Shown here: in pieces, positions 1 to 11,893 of the stretch
Numbering within the stretch: position 1 is the stretch's first letter
Layout of the letters: each line of letters starts with the position of its first letter
DNA from: Mantamonas sphyraenae STR306
Lineage: Eukaryota; Protista; CRuMs
Direction of reading: 5' to 3'
NCBI GenBank assembly: GCA_026936335.1
Contig: JAPMXV010000060.1
Location: 248,001-312,000 of the forward strand
DNA length: 64,000 nucleotides
Notes under the pieces: generated by a model
Seen by the model: the letters and a program-made list of their open reading frames with translations, nothing else
Told to the model about the DNA's origin: nothing
Databases searched by the model: none
Made by a program: the position numbers and the translations under genes

Positions 1-3000
1 GTGGAGGAGACGTTGGGCACAAAGTCTTCCGGGGCCGAGTTGTGCTCAAACAATTCCACTTTGAAGGGCGACTTGTGCATGAGCTTGTAGCCCTCCATCA
101 TCTCGCCGGGGGACGGGAAGCGGATCAAAGCGTTGTTGTCGTCCAGCCACTGCACCTTAAAGTCGTGGCCCAACAGGTACACCACCAGGTCGCGCGTCAC
201 CACATCTTTGCTCAGATTGCTCACGTGTACGGCGTACGTGAGCACGGGTGGCGGGTGTTCCCCGCTGGCGCTGCTCTCCTCATCGGCAAGCATGTTCACC
301 GGCGGCGGCATGGCTTTGGACAGCATGTACTTGGGCACGATGGAGTTGCTGTTCTTCTGTACCTTGACACGTCGCTTGGGTTCCGTGTCAAACGCCACCG
401 AACCCAGGCCCCAGTACTTGCTGAGTTCGTGGATCACTCGGCGTTGGTCGCGCGTCATCGGATCAAACTCCAGGCTCGTTTCCAGTTTCTCCATGGCAAA
501 GGCACGCAGGCGGGTCTCCACAAACAGCAGAAACGCGTAGTGGTAGCGCAGCGTGTTCTCCAGAAACTCGTTGTTGCCGTAGTACTTCATGATCTTCTCG
601 TCCACGCCCATGCGCATGCGTTCCGGTTCAATGTTCAGCGACTGCTGGTCGATGCCCAACGCCTGCGCCATGACTTGGTTGCGCTGTTCGCGTGCACACT
701 CCTCATCGCACTCCAACGTGCCCTCGGAACAGGGCACGTCCTCGGTCCTGCGTTCGCACACACAACTGCGACGCACAGGCACCATACAAGGCGTGTCGGG
801 ACACGACTGTGACGTTGGATGACACGTCTCCTGGCACCCGTGTTCGCAGTCGCTGCGTGGCCGCAAACAGGGCTGGCCGCACGAGTCGCCTGGGGCAAAG
901 GCATCGCTCGCCTGACAGGCGCCCCCGTGGCAGCTCTGCGTGCACTTGTGCTCACCGCACGACAGTGTGTTGCCACACGGCTTGCCACACGACACTTCCT
1001 TCACGTGGCAGGGCACCTTGATTTTGCGTCCATGGCCACCCACGCAGAACCGCTTGATGGGCACCACGCACGGCGGGCATGGCACGTCGTCGTCGTGACA
1101 CGGATGGTCCACAGGCGCATGGCCACACGGGTGAACGCGGATGCACTTGAACTGGCAGGCCACACTTGTCACGTTGCATGGGAGGGGCGGGTACAGCGTG
1201 GTGCGTCCGCAATGGCACGTCATCTCGTGGAAGGTGGCATGCGGACACGGCGGACAGTAGCCCTGATGACACGTTTGTTCGCAGCGATGGTTGCCACACT
1301 GCAGCCGCTTGTTGCAGGGCAACGGGCAGGTGTGCTGCGACGACGACGCAGGACAACACACCGTGTTGCATTGATGCCTGCCACACGAGCGAAGTTCCTG
1401 GCAGCGACGCTGGCACAACACTTGGTGTGTGGCGCCGCCTGCGTGAAGCTCGGCACACAGAACATGCTGCATCGTGGCCTTGCACCTGCATGGCATCTCC
1501 ACCTCTGCTTCGCACGGCCCACACGGACCCTCGTGGCATGGTTGCGTGCACGCGTGGATGCCACACGCAAGAACCTTGCTGCAAGCCTTGTCACATGTGG
1601 GCAGAGGGTCTGTGCAGCTGGACCGCTGCGCAGGCGCAGGATCCAAAGCCTGCAGCTGCGTCTGGCCACACGCACACGTTTGCCACCGGTCCGGGGTCAG
1701 GGCACAGGGTTCACATTCACCCGGATGACACGTGCGGGTGCATGCATGGTTGCCACAGTCGAGAGTGCGTGCGCAGGGGTCGTCGCAAGAAAAGACACCC
1801 TGCGATACGCCGCTCTCGTCCACCTTGGCCGACCCACAGGGACGACACTTGGCCTCCACCTTGCCACAGTAGCAATCATGGGTCTCTGTCACTTGGCAGG
1901 GCTGGCAGGGGCCTGCGTGACACGGTTGTTCGCAGCTGTGGTTGCCACATCCCAACGGCCGCCCGCACGTTTGGTTGCAGGAACGTCCTTGGAACGGTTC
2001 GCCACAGCGCAGCCAATAGTCAGACTTGCCACAGAAGCAGTACACGTGCTCGCCTGTCTTGTCGCACGGTGGACACGGCCCCGGGTGGCACGGCAACGAA
2101 CAAGCGTGTGGACACGTCGACCCTGCACGTTTGCGTCCACACGTATCGCCACACGCGTGCGGCGTCACATAAGGGTCAAACGCAGGGTTCTTGGTGCTGC
2201 CACAGAAGCATGTGTACTTGTTCGGCACCCGTTGGTACACCTCTTGACACCCTGGACAACGAAACGACCGCGCAGCCGTCTCTTTGTCCTCTGCTGCTGC
2301 AGCAGATGATGATGATGATGATGAAGAGGAGGAGGAGGAGGACGACGAGGCGTCGCTGCGTCCCCACTTCTTGATGCAGTACAGGTGAAAGATGGCGTAG
2401 CATCGCGAACACGACCACACTGCCGTCGTGTGCTTGATCACATCCATGCAGATGAGACAGTCGTACTGCGAACGACTCATCTTTTTGATCAGCTGAGCCG
2501 TGAGCTCGGTGTAACCCAGGCCACGCACCTGCTCAACGAGGTCGATGCTGTCCGAGTGTTCCATGCTCAGATCACCCACCAGGCTGCTGTCCTGGCTCTG
2601 GGTGCTTCCTCGCCTGTGCGACCCCTTGCGTCCTCCCCCCTTGCTGTTCTTGCTCTTGTTGTTGTTGTTGTTGCGGTTGTTGGAGTGGACGTTTTGCTCG
2701 CCCTGGGATTTCCGGGAAGTTCCACCGCGCTGGAAACCGCCCATCCCCAGATTGCCCTGCTTCTGTTGCTTCAGCGCCTTCACGCTGTTCATCTCCCCTT
2801 GGTTATTACGTCCGGGGTTGCTTGATGCTCCTCCATCCTGTGCATCCTCTCCAGAAGCACCCTCCTTCTTCTTGCGTCGGTTGTTGCGTCGATTGCGGTT
2901 GCGCTTGCGCTTGCCCGACTCGCCAGTCGTGTTTGAGCTGACACTGCTCTCGTTGCTGTCCTTGCGGCCGCCGCGAGTGTCCTGCAGTGTGGAGGCATGT

Positions 3001-3209
3001 GCCTGACCTGAGCTCGAGTTGGTGTTGATGGTTGTGGTTGTGGTGGTGGTCGACGACGATGACCCGCCGCCGCCACCGCCACTTCCATCGTGCTCCACGT
3101 TGTTGCTTGTTTGGGATACCTGACCGCGACCACGGCCCCGTCCTTTGGGGCCACGTGCTGTCATGGCTGGTCTTCCGCGTCCTGCGCCGCGTCCTCGTCC
3201 TGCCGCCAT
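1..3209 (-). CDS. NFX1: NF-X1-type zinc finger protein (NFX1/FAP1/shuttle craft family); 3' end runs off the window
   Basis: Manual translation from ATG at 3209 (MAAGRGRG...) gives a RING/PHD-like CLICMDVIKHTTAVWSCSRCYAIFHLYCIKKW, many Cys/His NF-X1 repeats and an R3H domain (PMTRDQRRVIHELSKYWGL). The same frame is open at position 1. Absent from the ORF track because it has no stop in the window. Confidence 0.92.
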   Translation of the reverse strand, partial: MAAGRGRGAGRGRPAMTARGPKGRGRGRGQVSQTSNNVEHDGSGGGGGGSSSSTTTTTTTINTNSSSGQAHASTLQDTRGGRKDSNESSVSSNTTGESGKRKRNRNRRNNRRKKKEGASGEDAQDGGASSNPGRNNQGEMNSVKALKQQKQGNLGMGGFQRGGTSRKSQGEQNVHSNNRNNNNNKSKNSKGGGRKGSHRRGSTQSQDSSLVGDLSMEHSDSIDLVEQVRGLGYTELTAQLIKKMSRSQYDCLICMDVIKHTTAVWSCSRCYAIFHLYCIKKWGRSDASSSSSSSSSSSSSSSAAAAEDKETAARSFRCPGCQEVYQRVPNKYTCFCGSTKNPAFDPYVTPHACGDTCGRKRAGSTCPHACSLPCHPGPCPPCDKTGEHVYCFCGKSDYWLRCGEPFQGRSCNQTCGRPLGCGNHSCEQPCHAGPCQPCQVTETHDCYCGKVEAKCRPCGSAKVDESGVSQGVFSCDDPCARTLDCGNHACTRTCHPGECEPCALTPDRWQTCACGQTQLQALDPAPAQRSSCTDPLPTCDKACSKVLACGIHACTQPCHEGPCGPCEAEVEMPCRCKATMQHVLCAELHAGGATHQVLCQRRCQELRSCGRHQCNTVCCPASSSQHTCPLPCNKRLQCGNHRCEQTCHQGYCPPCPHATFHEMTCHCGRTTLYPPLPCNVTSVACQFKCIRVHPCGHAPVDHPCHDDDVPCPPCVVPIKRFCVGGHGRKIKVPCHVKEVSCGKPCGNTLSCGEHKCTQSCHGGACQASDAFAPGDSCGQPCLRPRSDCEHGCQETCHPTSQSCPDTPCMVPVRRSCVCERRTEDVPCSEGTLECDEECAREQRNQVMAQALGIDQQSLNIEPERMRMGVDEKIMKYYGNNEFLENTLRYHYAFLLFVETRLRAFAMEKLETSLEFDPMTRDQRRVIHELSKYWGLGSVAFDTEPKRRVKVQKNSNSIVPKYMLSKAMPPPVNMLADEESSASGEHPPPVLTYAVHVSNLSKDVVTRDLVVYLLGHDFKVQWLDDNNALIRFPSPGEMMEGYKLMHKSPFKVELFEHNSAPEDFVPNVSS

Positions 3210-3260
3210 TCCAAGTGTTTGGGTTGTTTGGGTTCGCGCCTGCACCTCCAGCACATTCTC

Positions 3261-6200
3261 ATGTACGACACCCTCCCTCCTCTCACTTCTGTGTGTCCCA
3301 CAACCACTCACACCAAACTGCCCTTTTGTCCCCCGACACGATCCATGTGTCCGTGTGCGGTGCGCGCGGTTCCGCTCTGCACGCTGCAGGAATCTCTCCC
3401 AGGTTCAGCGCCGGTTTGCTGAACTGGAGGAGCGCGAGTCGATATGGCTGTCTGAGCCCAGGGAGCGACCAGGGACAGCCGGTTCCAGGCGCACCTTTCA
3501 CATGGAGTAAGTGGACGCACAGAGGGATGGGGCCGCCATTTGCCAACCGTTTGCGGCCGTTTGCCGCGCGGGATTAGAAACAACCCGTCCAATGCGACCA
3601 CGTTGCAACGAGAGCAGCGTAGAAAGATCACAAACAGGTGCATTCGTGGATAACACACACCCACCCAGGCTCACACCACCCGGCGGGGACCCAGGGAGGA
3701 CGAGCACTTTGACGAAGAGCAGGAGGTGGGGTACAAATCATTCACATATACAGACAAGGAGGACGAGGACATCAGCGAATTCGTGGAAGACCACGGGGGA
3801 GGACGCACGGGTCACGGTGGCAGTGCCTACCTGGGAGCCTCCAAGCTACAGTTGGCAGGGAGAGATCGAACGTTGCAGCACGGCTTCTTCTACTCGCCGT
3901 TTGCCCCCTCGGCTCGCACACACAACGACAGTGGCGCGGCGGGCGAAGGGAACAGCAGCCACGAGTCGAACAGTAACGGAGGCCACGGAACAAGCAGCAG
4001 TGCGTCTTTTCAACCGCAGCAGGAGCAGCAGCAGGAGAGGCAGCAGCAGCACAGAAACCGCAACCCGAGAGGTGGCCATGATGGAGAGATGACACGTGGC
4101 GAACGTATGGCTCGGCGTAGCTTCCAGGAACAGCTACAGGCGCTTATGGAGGGGGAGAACAGGAGTGTGGAGGCAGGGTACAGGTCACGCGCAGGGTTGG
4201 TGAGTCAAACCAAGAAACGGGTCGTGCAGAAGGAACTCATGCGGCAACAATTGGCCACGGAGCAGGAGCTGCGCTCGCAACTGTTTGTGATGACGTCGAC
4301 GACGTCGCGTGGCGGACGACGAAGCAAGGATGCAGTGGGATCCGGCACCGAAGACGACCTCAGCAGCAGTGGCGCAGAAGGAGGACGAGGCACACGCAAC
4401 ACAAGACGACGCATCAAATCCAGCATGCCCACTACACGCGGCCATGGACGTCGCAGCAAAACAGGCAGTGTCCGAAGCAAGAATGACCTGTATGCACCCC
4501 GATCACAGCGCAAGTCGCGTCCAGGCCGTGTCGGCGACCCGCTCTCTGTCGACGCCTTTGACTCCAAACTGGACTCTATCTTTGGGGCCGCTGAACAGGA
4601 GCTGGACAAGAGCATTGAAGAGGCCGTTTCGCCCTACAAGCGACGAGAGGGCGGCGGCCTCGCCGGCAAACCTTCGCCAGCTGCTGCCACTGCCGGACGC
4701 CCCAGTCTTGTCGATCGCTACCGACGCAGTGTCGACGTGGGTAAAGAGGGTGGCGACAGCAGCAGCGCCAGTGCCAACGCCAGCGGAAGTGGATTGGCAC
4801 GCAGTCCCAGCAGTGGCCGTGGCAAGCAAACGTCTCAGGCGGCGCCGCGTGCGCCAAAGGGGCAAAAGACAGGCTCTGGTGGCGCCGACGGAAGGGCCTT
4901 GGGAAGACGCGGGGGCAGTGGAATGTCGCGTGGCTCAGGGTCCGCAGGGTCGTTGGTGTCGGGTCGTTCGGGAGGCCTTGCGCATCATCCCAACAACAGC
5001 AGCAGCCAAAAACAGCCACGGGACTCGCTGTGGCGTCAGTCGGTGCGACACAACAGCGAAGGTGGCATTGACGACGTGGTGGCAGCGGCTGGAGCGGCGG
5101 GAGGGGAGGCGGCCGCTCGTGCAGGCACCATGTCCGATGCCCAGTGGCGGCAGGCGTTGCAACGTCGACGTCTGGGCACAGACATGTCATTGGTGTCGTT
5201 GGGACAGATGAGTGGGGTCAGTAGCGAGGCAGGCACGGTGGTGGTGGCCAACAGCCAGGGAGGCGTGGCAGGTGCCTCGGAGCAGCAGCAGAGGGCGGCT
5301 CTCGGAGGACGACCACGCTACGGATCGTTGTTGGGACCCAAGAGCAAGCAGTTCTACTTTGTCAATCTGCACCTGGACTACAACGGCCAGCTGGACAATT
5401 GGCGGTTCAACGTGCTGGTGCGGGACCTGAATGTGCCTGACAAGGAGGCTGGGACGCTGCGGTACAGCGACGTGCGTGTGGACCAACGCAACCACATTGT
5501 CTTTTACGAACCTGACAACACCATGATGGATCCCGTGGAGGACTTTCCGTGGGTCACCCGCCCGGGCGATTTGTACAGACACACCCTGCGCGTTCAGGTC
5601 TTCTCCGTCTACCCCGTCGAGTGCAAGCTCTTTGACGAACGCGTCCACTATTCCAAGAACGCAGTCGCCGAACGTCGCAAGGCAATTCAGATGCGCACTG
5701 TGGCCCTGAATAACCATAAGTTTGACCGCGTCCACTTGCCCATCGCGGACGACGCGATCGCCGCTGGAGACGCCTACGACGACCACATGGACGCACTGGA
5801 CAGTGCGGACAACGAAGATGGACAGGACGATCACGAGCCCGTGTTTCTGGTGTACACCGAAGACGACGACGAGGACGGGGACGAGGCGGATGACGAGGCC
5901 ACACAGACTCCGACCAAAACCCCCAATGGGAAGAAGGTGAAGCGTGGAACGCAGCACGACCAAAAGGAGGAACAGGACAAAGGGGTTGCATCGTTTGACG
6001 CGGTGCAATACCTGACAGGTGTTGCGGACGAAGCCGGGTTGCTCAACAGAGAGCTTGACGAGGAGGAACAGGAGCAGGTGGATGAAGTGGAAGCAGAACT
6101 GCTGGGTACAAGGCCCAAGCCACAAACGTGGATGCAACCGGAACGGTCTGCGACCAACGCGAGTCGTACCTCGGTCTCGCCACGCCACAAGCAGCGTGTG

Positions 6201-6749
6201 GACATGCTGCGTCGTGCAGAGGAGGAAAAGAGAGAAATGGAGGCGTGGCGAGCAGAAAGGCAGCGACAATCAGCAGGCAGTCGAGCTGGAGCCGCGTCGG
6301 ACGATGGCCACGGCCTCAACAACGACGACGAGGGTGATGACGATGACGATGAGCGTGGGCAGGCAAACGTTGCAGCCAAGAGCCAGCCCATACGCACTCT
6401 ACTGTCGTCCCAGAACCGATTGGTGCGCACAATGAGCTCTGGGGTGCGTTCCATGTCCAACCTTGAGCGACAGGAGCTGCTTGCGCGGCTGCGTTCGGAG
6501 CAGAACGCGTCGCCCATTGGCAAGGAGAGTCTGGAAGCGGTGCGTAGCAAGCTACGTGAATCGTTGACCCAACGCAAGATTGCGTTGGAGAGCAGTCTGC
6601 ACCAGGTGAGCAGTCAGATCACGCGGGAGCTGGACGAGGAGAAGCAAGCTCGCATCCGCATGGCCAGCGCAAAACAGAGTGTTTTCAAAGCAAACACGGG
6701 TGGCAATGGCCTCGTGTACCAGAAGCGATGGTCTGCAAAGCACATGTAA
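3261..6749 (+). CDS. Hypothetical low-complexity/coiled-coil protein with one central globular segment
   Basis: 1007-aa ORF 3726-6749. Three GT-AG introns (3263-3389, ~3507-3577, ~3638-3694) keep the frame and extend it to MNLSQVQRRFAELEERE...MENNPSNATTLQREQRRKITNREDEHF. The 5' model is inferred. Confidence 0.7.
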
Positions 6750-6765
6750 CTTGTTGTTCATTCGA

Positions 6766-9700
6766 TCATCCTCGCAGCGCAGTCTTTTTGACCAAAAACT
6801 CCTTTGTGGGTTCGCTCTTGATCACCACATCCTCAGTCCTGGACGTGTGCACACGGTGGAAATAGGATTTGCCAGCCCCTCTGAATGGGTTGCTTGTCGG
6901 CAGGTTGCCGTGGAGGTCTGTGCCACCACTCAAATTCGTCTTTGTGGTTTGGAATCGCGCGTGGCCCTCGAGCGCATCGTGCACGTTGGCGTACTTCTTG
7001 GGCACCAGTTCCGGGGCCTGTTGCTGCTGTTCTGCAGCTGCCGCTTGCACGCCCGTGTGCTGATCCGACGCCGCTCGCCAGGCGACAGGCAGGACGCCCA
7101 CCGAGCGGTCTGCTTGCAGCTGCAGATCCGCAAGCAACGACTCGTCGTCTGTCAAGTGCATGCTGCCTCGTTCGTTGGCCACCCACTCGTCCTCTTCTGC
7201 CGTGCGGTGTGCACACTGTGCCAGGGTTTCCGACCCCAGTTCGTTCGGGTTGTACGCAAGCACGTTGCCGTACCGCAGAGCCAAATTCGCAGGCATGTGT
7301 TCCATCAGCAGCACATCCATGTTCATGGCCTCGCGACGCACCAGTGGCTGTGCTCCGTCTTCCAGATCTGCATACTTGCCATGCTGCACCTCCACCATTC
7401 GCCACACCGCCCTTCTCGCCTCCCGGTCGTAATCGATGGCCTCATCCAGGGCAGCCAACGCCTCACGGTCCACGTCCAGGCCGCTGTGACGCCTTGTATG
7501 CACTACCACTTCGTCTGCGTTGTTCGTTGCATGCTCTGCTGCAGGGCCACTTGCTCCGCTGCGTTGTCGCTGCACCCTGTGCATGCGTTGTTGCTTCGCC
7601 TTGCCCTTTCCACCCTCCTCCTCATCGTCGTCGTCGTACTCTTCGTCTCCGTCCATATCCTTGCTGCGTCCATTCTCATCCGCCCCACGCTGTGCGTGCC
7701 CTTTGCCTGTTTTGCCCTTTCCTGCCGCGACCCCACTGCTGCTGCTACTGCTGCCTGCCTCGCTGCTCTCCTTCTCCACGTCCTTCTGCTTGTTTCCATG
7801 CACACGTGCGCTGCTGGCCAACAACTCGTCCAGTTTCGCTCGGCTCATGTTGCCGCCTTGGTTTGCACCTCCGCCTGAATTTGCCCCTCCGGCAACCGTT
7901 GCCACCAGCTGCTGCAGCGACTCGGTGAGCGGATGCCAAGTGCCTTCTTGCGTCAGCCTGCCTTCCTTGATCTTGGCCTGCACCGCATCGTCCACCTCCT
8001 GGCACACAGCCGCGGCAAACTCTTCCGGCGTGACGGTTTTCTCTTTCGCGTCGTAGCCATCCACAAACGGGTTGGCGCCGGGAGGTGGTGCAGGTGGGCC
8101 CGCGTTGCTAAACATGTCCACAAACAGCTCGACGAGGCTGCGGTGCACTGTGAAAATGCCCCTGCCCATGCGGGTGGTGATGATTTGGCCTCGTTGCCCT
8201 GCATCCGTGGGGTCCATGTCCAGCCACAGGTGGCCCATAAGCTGCCTTGTGGGTTTGCTTCCTGTCGATCGCGGACGCATTTGCCACACTTCTCCGATCA
8301 GCAAACGGTGCAACACCACACGGTGGGCCAGCGGGTGACTGCGAGGCAAGATTGTGCTGCGGCTCAGACGCTGCACTTCGATTTCCCGCAGGATGTCATC
8401 TGCGTTGGGCCATTGCAGTGCCTCCATGGCCTCACTGCTCTGCAGCATGGCACGTTGCACCCCGTACATCTTGACCCACGCCGCTCGCTCGTCGACAAGG
8501 TTGTCGCGGAAGGTCAGATCCGCTGCATGGAATCGAGCAGTGCGATCCTGCGACGGATGCAGCACCTCTTCTAGTCGCAGCAGGTGAAACACCTCCAGGG
8601 CACTGCAGCGCAGAGAAATGCCGTTGCTGCTCTGCATCATGTCCCGATACTCCTTGCTCAGCTCCACCGGAGCTTGTGCGCTTGCCTCCCGCACCACCTT
8701 GTCCGCCAGTCCGTCGTTCAGTTTGATGTTGTCCAGTTTCAAGATGCGCAGCACATCGCTCGGCCGTGCGTTCTTGGCCACACGTGCCATTTCTCGCCTG
8801 TGCGTAAACGTCACGTACGCGGGCACTTCTGCAGGTGGCATGGGCTGCAGCAGACCGTTTGCATTGAACACAGTGCGTGCGTCTGTGCGGATGTGGCCTC
8901 GCTTGCGCACCTCTCGCGTAAGTGCTTTGACGCGTGGGTCCACAACCATGCGTGCGTGCAGTGCACTGTTGCCCAATGACATCCGCAGCTTGCTGCTCCA
9001 CACTTCACTTGTCAGTTGGTCCGCCTCCCCGTGCACACTCGCGAGCGGGATTGGAACGGCTGTCTGATCGCGCGTCTCATTCTCTCCCCGCTCACTGGCT
9101 GCTCCACCTCCACCTGCGCTGCCACTTGCGCTCCCACCCTTGCCTTGCTCCTCAGTGCCCTTCTTGCTTGCTCTTGCGCTTGTAGCACCGGCATCTGCCT
9201 CGCCGCCTTTCTTTGCGCCACTTGTTGTTGCCGTTCCTGCGTTGCTGTTCTTGGACGGCGTCTGCTTCTCCTGCTTCTCCTGCTTGTCTTGCTTCTCCTG
9301 TTGCTTCTTCTTCTTGTCCTTCTTGTTCTTTTTCTTCTTCTTCTTGTTGTTGTTCGACTTCTTTGACGCCTCCTTCTCCTTTTGTGCCTGCTGTTCACGG
9401 AATCGCCTCAGCAGCGGGTTGTCTTCCTCCTCCTGCTCGTCGTCATCGCCACCTGTGTCATCCCCCATCATATCCTCCATGCCTGCGGTGACGGCGTCCA
9501 TGAGGATACGCGAGGCGTCGGGCATGGCGGCCTTGCGCGCCTCCATCTGCTTGCGTTCCTCTTCAGCCCTCTTCTCCTGTTGCAGCCTCTCTTGTTCTTC
9601 CATCATGCGCCTGCGCTGTTCTCGTTCCTTCTCCTCTGTGCGCAGCCGCTCTTGCTCCAGCCTTTCGGCCTCGATGCGTGCCTGCCTCTCCAGCTCCGCC

Positions 9701-10202
9701 TTGCGCTCGGCCTCCTCTGCAATCAATGCACGTCGCTCCTCCTCTTCTTGTTGTGCGCGTGCTGCAATCAATGCAGCTGCTTCCTCACGTTCTTGTTTCT
9801 CCTGTCGAAGCCGAGCATCCAGCGTTCGTCGTACCTTTTCTCCGTGTGCCCCCAGCGTGCCCTGGCCGCTGCCACTCTGCTCGTGCACGGGCGACGTGTG
9901 CTCGCTGGTCTTGTGCTCACTCGTGGTGCTGTAAACACGGATGCGTGTGTCACGTACGTGCTTGCGGATGTGTGCGCGAATGCCTGCTGGCAACTTCATG
10001 TCACGCTTCATCACCTCTTCGAGGTCGTTGTCAATCAGTGCCTGCGTGGAATTCAGGCCGTGGGCCACAAACTTATCGTGCAGCTTGATCAGCTGGATTT
10101 CCGTCAGAAAATCCCGCAACGTGGGCATCTCCTGCACATTGTTCGGCTGTGGCCTTCGTGTCTTCATCGGAGTAGGCGACTTGGTTGTGGACAATTGTGC
10201 TC

Positions 10203-10233
<31 letters not shown>

Positions 10234-11709
10234 TTGTTGCTGTTGCTGCGTAGGCGATGGCGAGCTCGCTGCGCTGAGGTAGTTGGTGTGCCTCGTCGAG
10301 CCTGTGCTGGACGTGGTATTTCCTCGTGTGGTCGATTGAGACTGGTACTGCGACGCGTCGTCCGAATGCGACTGGCGAAGGTTGCTTTGTGTGGATTGGC
10401 CCAGCTGTCCGCCGTATTGCTGATCGTAGTAATCGTGCTGCTGTTGTTGCAATTGCTGAAACGCCGTTTCACCACTGCCACCGCTGCCACCGCCACCGCC
10501 CGAGGACATGCCACCCATGCCAAGCCCATACTGTCCATAATCATCTGCATACTCCCCCGAAGCTGCAGCTGCGTCTGTTGACGCCGAGCCTGTCCCTCCG
10601 TAGCTGTGCGATTCAAACAGCGGCGTACGCTTGCTCACGTACTCGTCAAACATGCTGTCTGCTCCCGACCCTGCCAAGGTGTTGCCAAAGAGAGATCCCG
10701 AACCTGCTGGGCTGTGTGGCGATGAAAGCGAGTTGTCCCAGGCAGATCCAGAGCCAGCGGTGTCTCCTCCTCCTCCGCCGTTCGTGCCTCCTCCGATAGA
10801 TCCCATGGCTGCAAAGGCAAAGTCGATGTTGCTGTCGTCTGTGCTCCACATGTCGTCCCCTGAGCTGTTGCCAGCAGACCAGAGCCCGCCCGTGCCTGCG
10901 CCCGTGCCTGCGCCTGCGCGAAGCTGTGCCGACTGTTGGGTTTGACCTGCCGACGAGCTGGTCGACTCGGTGAGTAGATCGGCCGTCCAGTTGGACGCGT
11001 TGTTCCACAGGCCGTACTCGCTGGTGCTGCGGTCATTTCCGCCCTGCTCCTGCACAGACTCGCCCCACAGGCTGCCAAACGACGAGGTGCCGCCAAAGAG
11101 GGCTGTGGTGGGCAGTGTGAGGACACCACATGTGTGTGCGGGGCAACGTGTAAGCATAATCTGAGGTGAGGGTGTCCATGGCAGGGAGGGGAAAACCGGG
11201 TTCCGGGCCGCAAACGCACAATGCTCTTCCGAGGCGTGCGGAGACGCAGACAGGGATCCAGAGGTGGTGCCGTACGCTTCTGTGCCTCCTGCGTACATGG
11301 AAGAGTCGTACGACGGTTCCAACGGTTCCAAGGGGTCGTCGATGCCGTCCCCAAAGAATGAGCCGGCCAGGAACATGCCTTGGCCTTGGTTCGAATGCGA
11401 GTTGGTTGTCGAGCCCCGTACCGTGCCCTGAGACGTGTCTGAAGACGCACCAGTGCCCCAGTACGAGTTGGAACTACCATAACTGCCGATGGGCTGGTCA
11501 CCCGGCGCCCGTCCATGACTTGCCTGCGTGGACGAGTGGCTGTCACCCGAACCCATGCCGGGCGGCGGCCCAAAGCCGGGTGGGGCCATGTTGGTTTGCA
11601 CCGTGCGCGTGCCATAGTTGCCATGGCCGCCATTGGAGCCTTGCTCGCCGTCCGACTGCGTGTTGGACGGCATGTCAAAGGCAAACGAGGAAAACGGGTT
11701 GCGATCCAT
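6766..11709 (-). CDS. Large hypothetical protein: G/S/W-rich N-terminus, polyQ, SAM-like domain, coiled coil, unknown C-terminal domains
   Basis: Long ORF; first plausible ATG at 11709 (MDRNPFSSF). SAM-like segment TLRDFLTEIQLIKLHDKFVAHGL...MKLPAGIRAHIRKHV. Probable in-frame 117-nt intron at 11103-11219 (GTGCGT...CACAG). Confidence 0.75.
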
Positions 11710-11893
11710 ATCTTTCTGCTTGTTGGTCGTGTGTGCAGCGGGAACTTGGATTGATCGAAGGGTTGGGTTCGTGGACACAAACACTGCACAACACACACAG
11801 GGACACACACACACAGACACACCGGGGTTGTAACCTGTTTGGGACTACGTTGTGTGAAGGGGCGCCGAGGCAGCCAGAGAAACGGAAGAGACG

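Noticed and set aside
42-3006. Long plus-strand ORFs (e.g. 819-2309, 1166-2374)
   Set aside because: Antisense shadows of the Cys-rich NFX1 gene in GC-rich DNA.
10200-10250. Trinucleotide runs (also ~2305-2345, 16695-16815, 54530-54680) as CRISPR or satellite arrays
   Set aside because: They encode polyQ, polyS, polyN and polyE tracts; there is no repeat-spacer structure.
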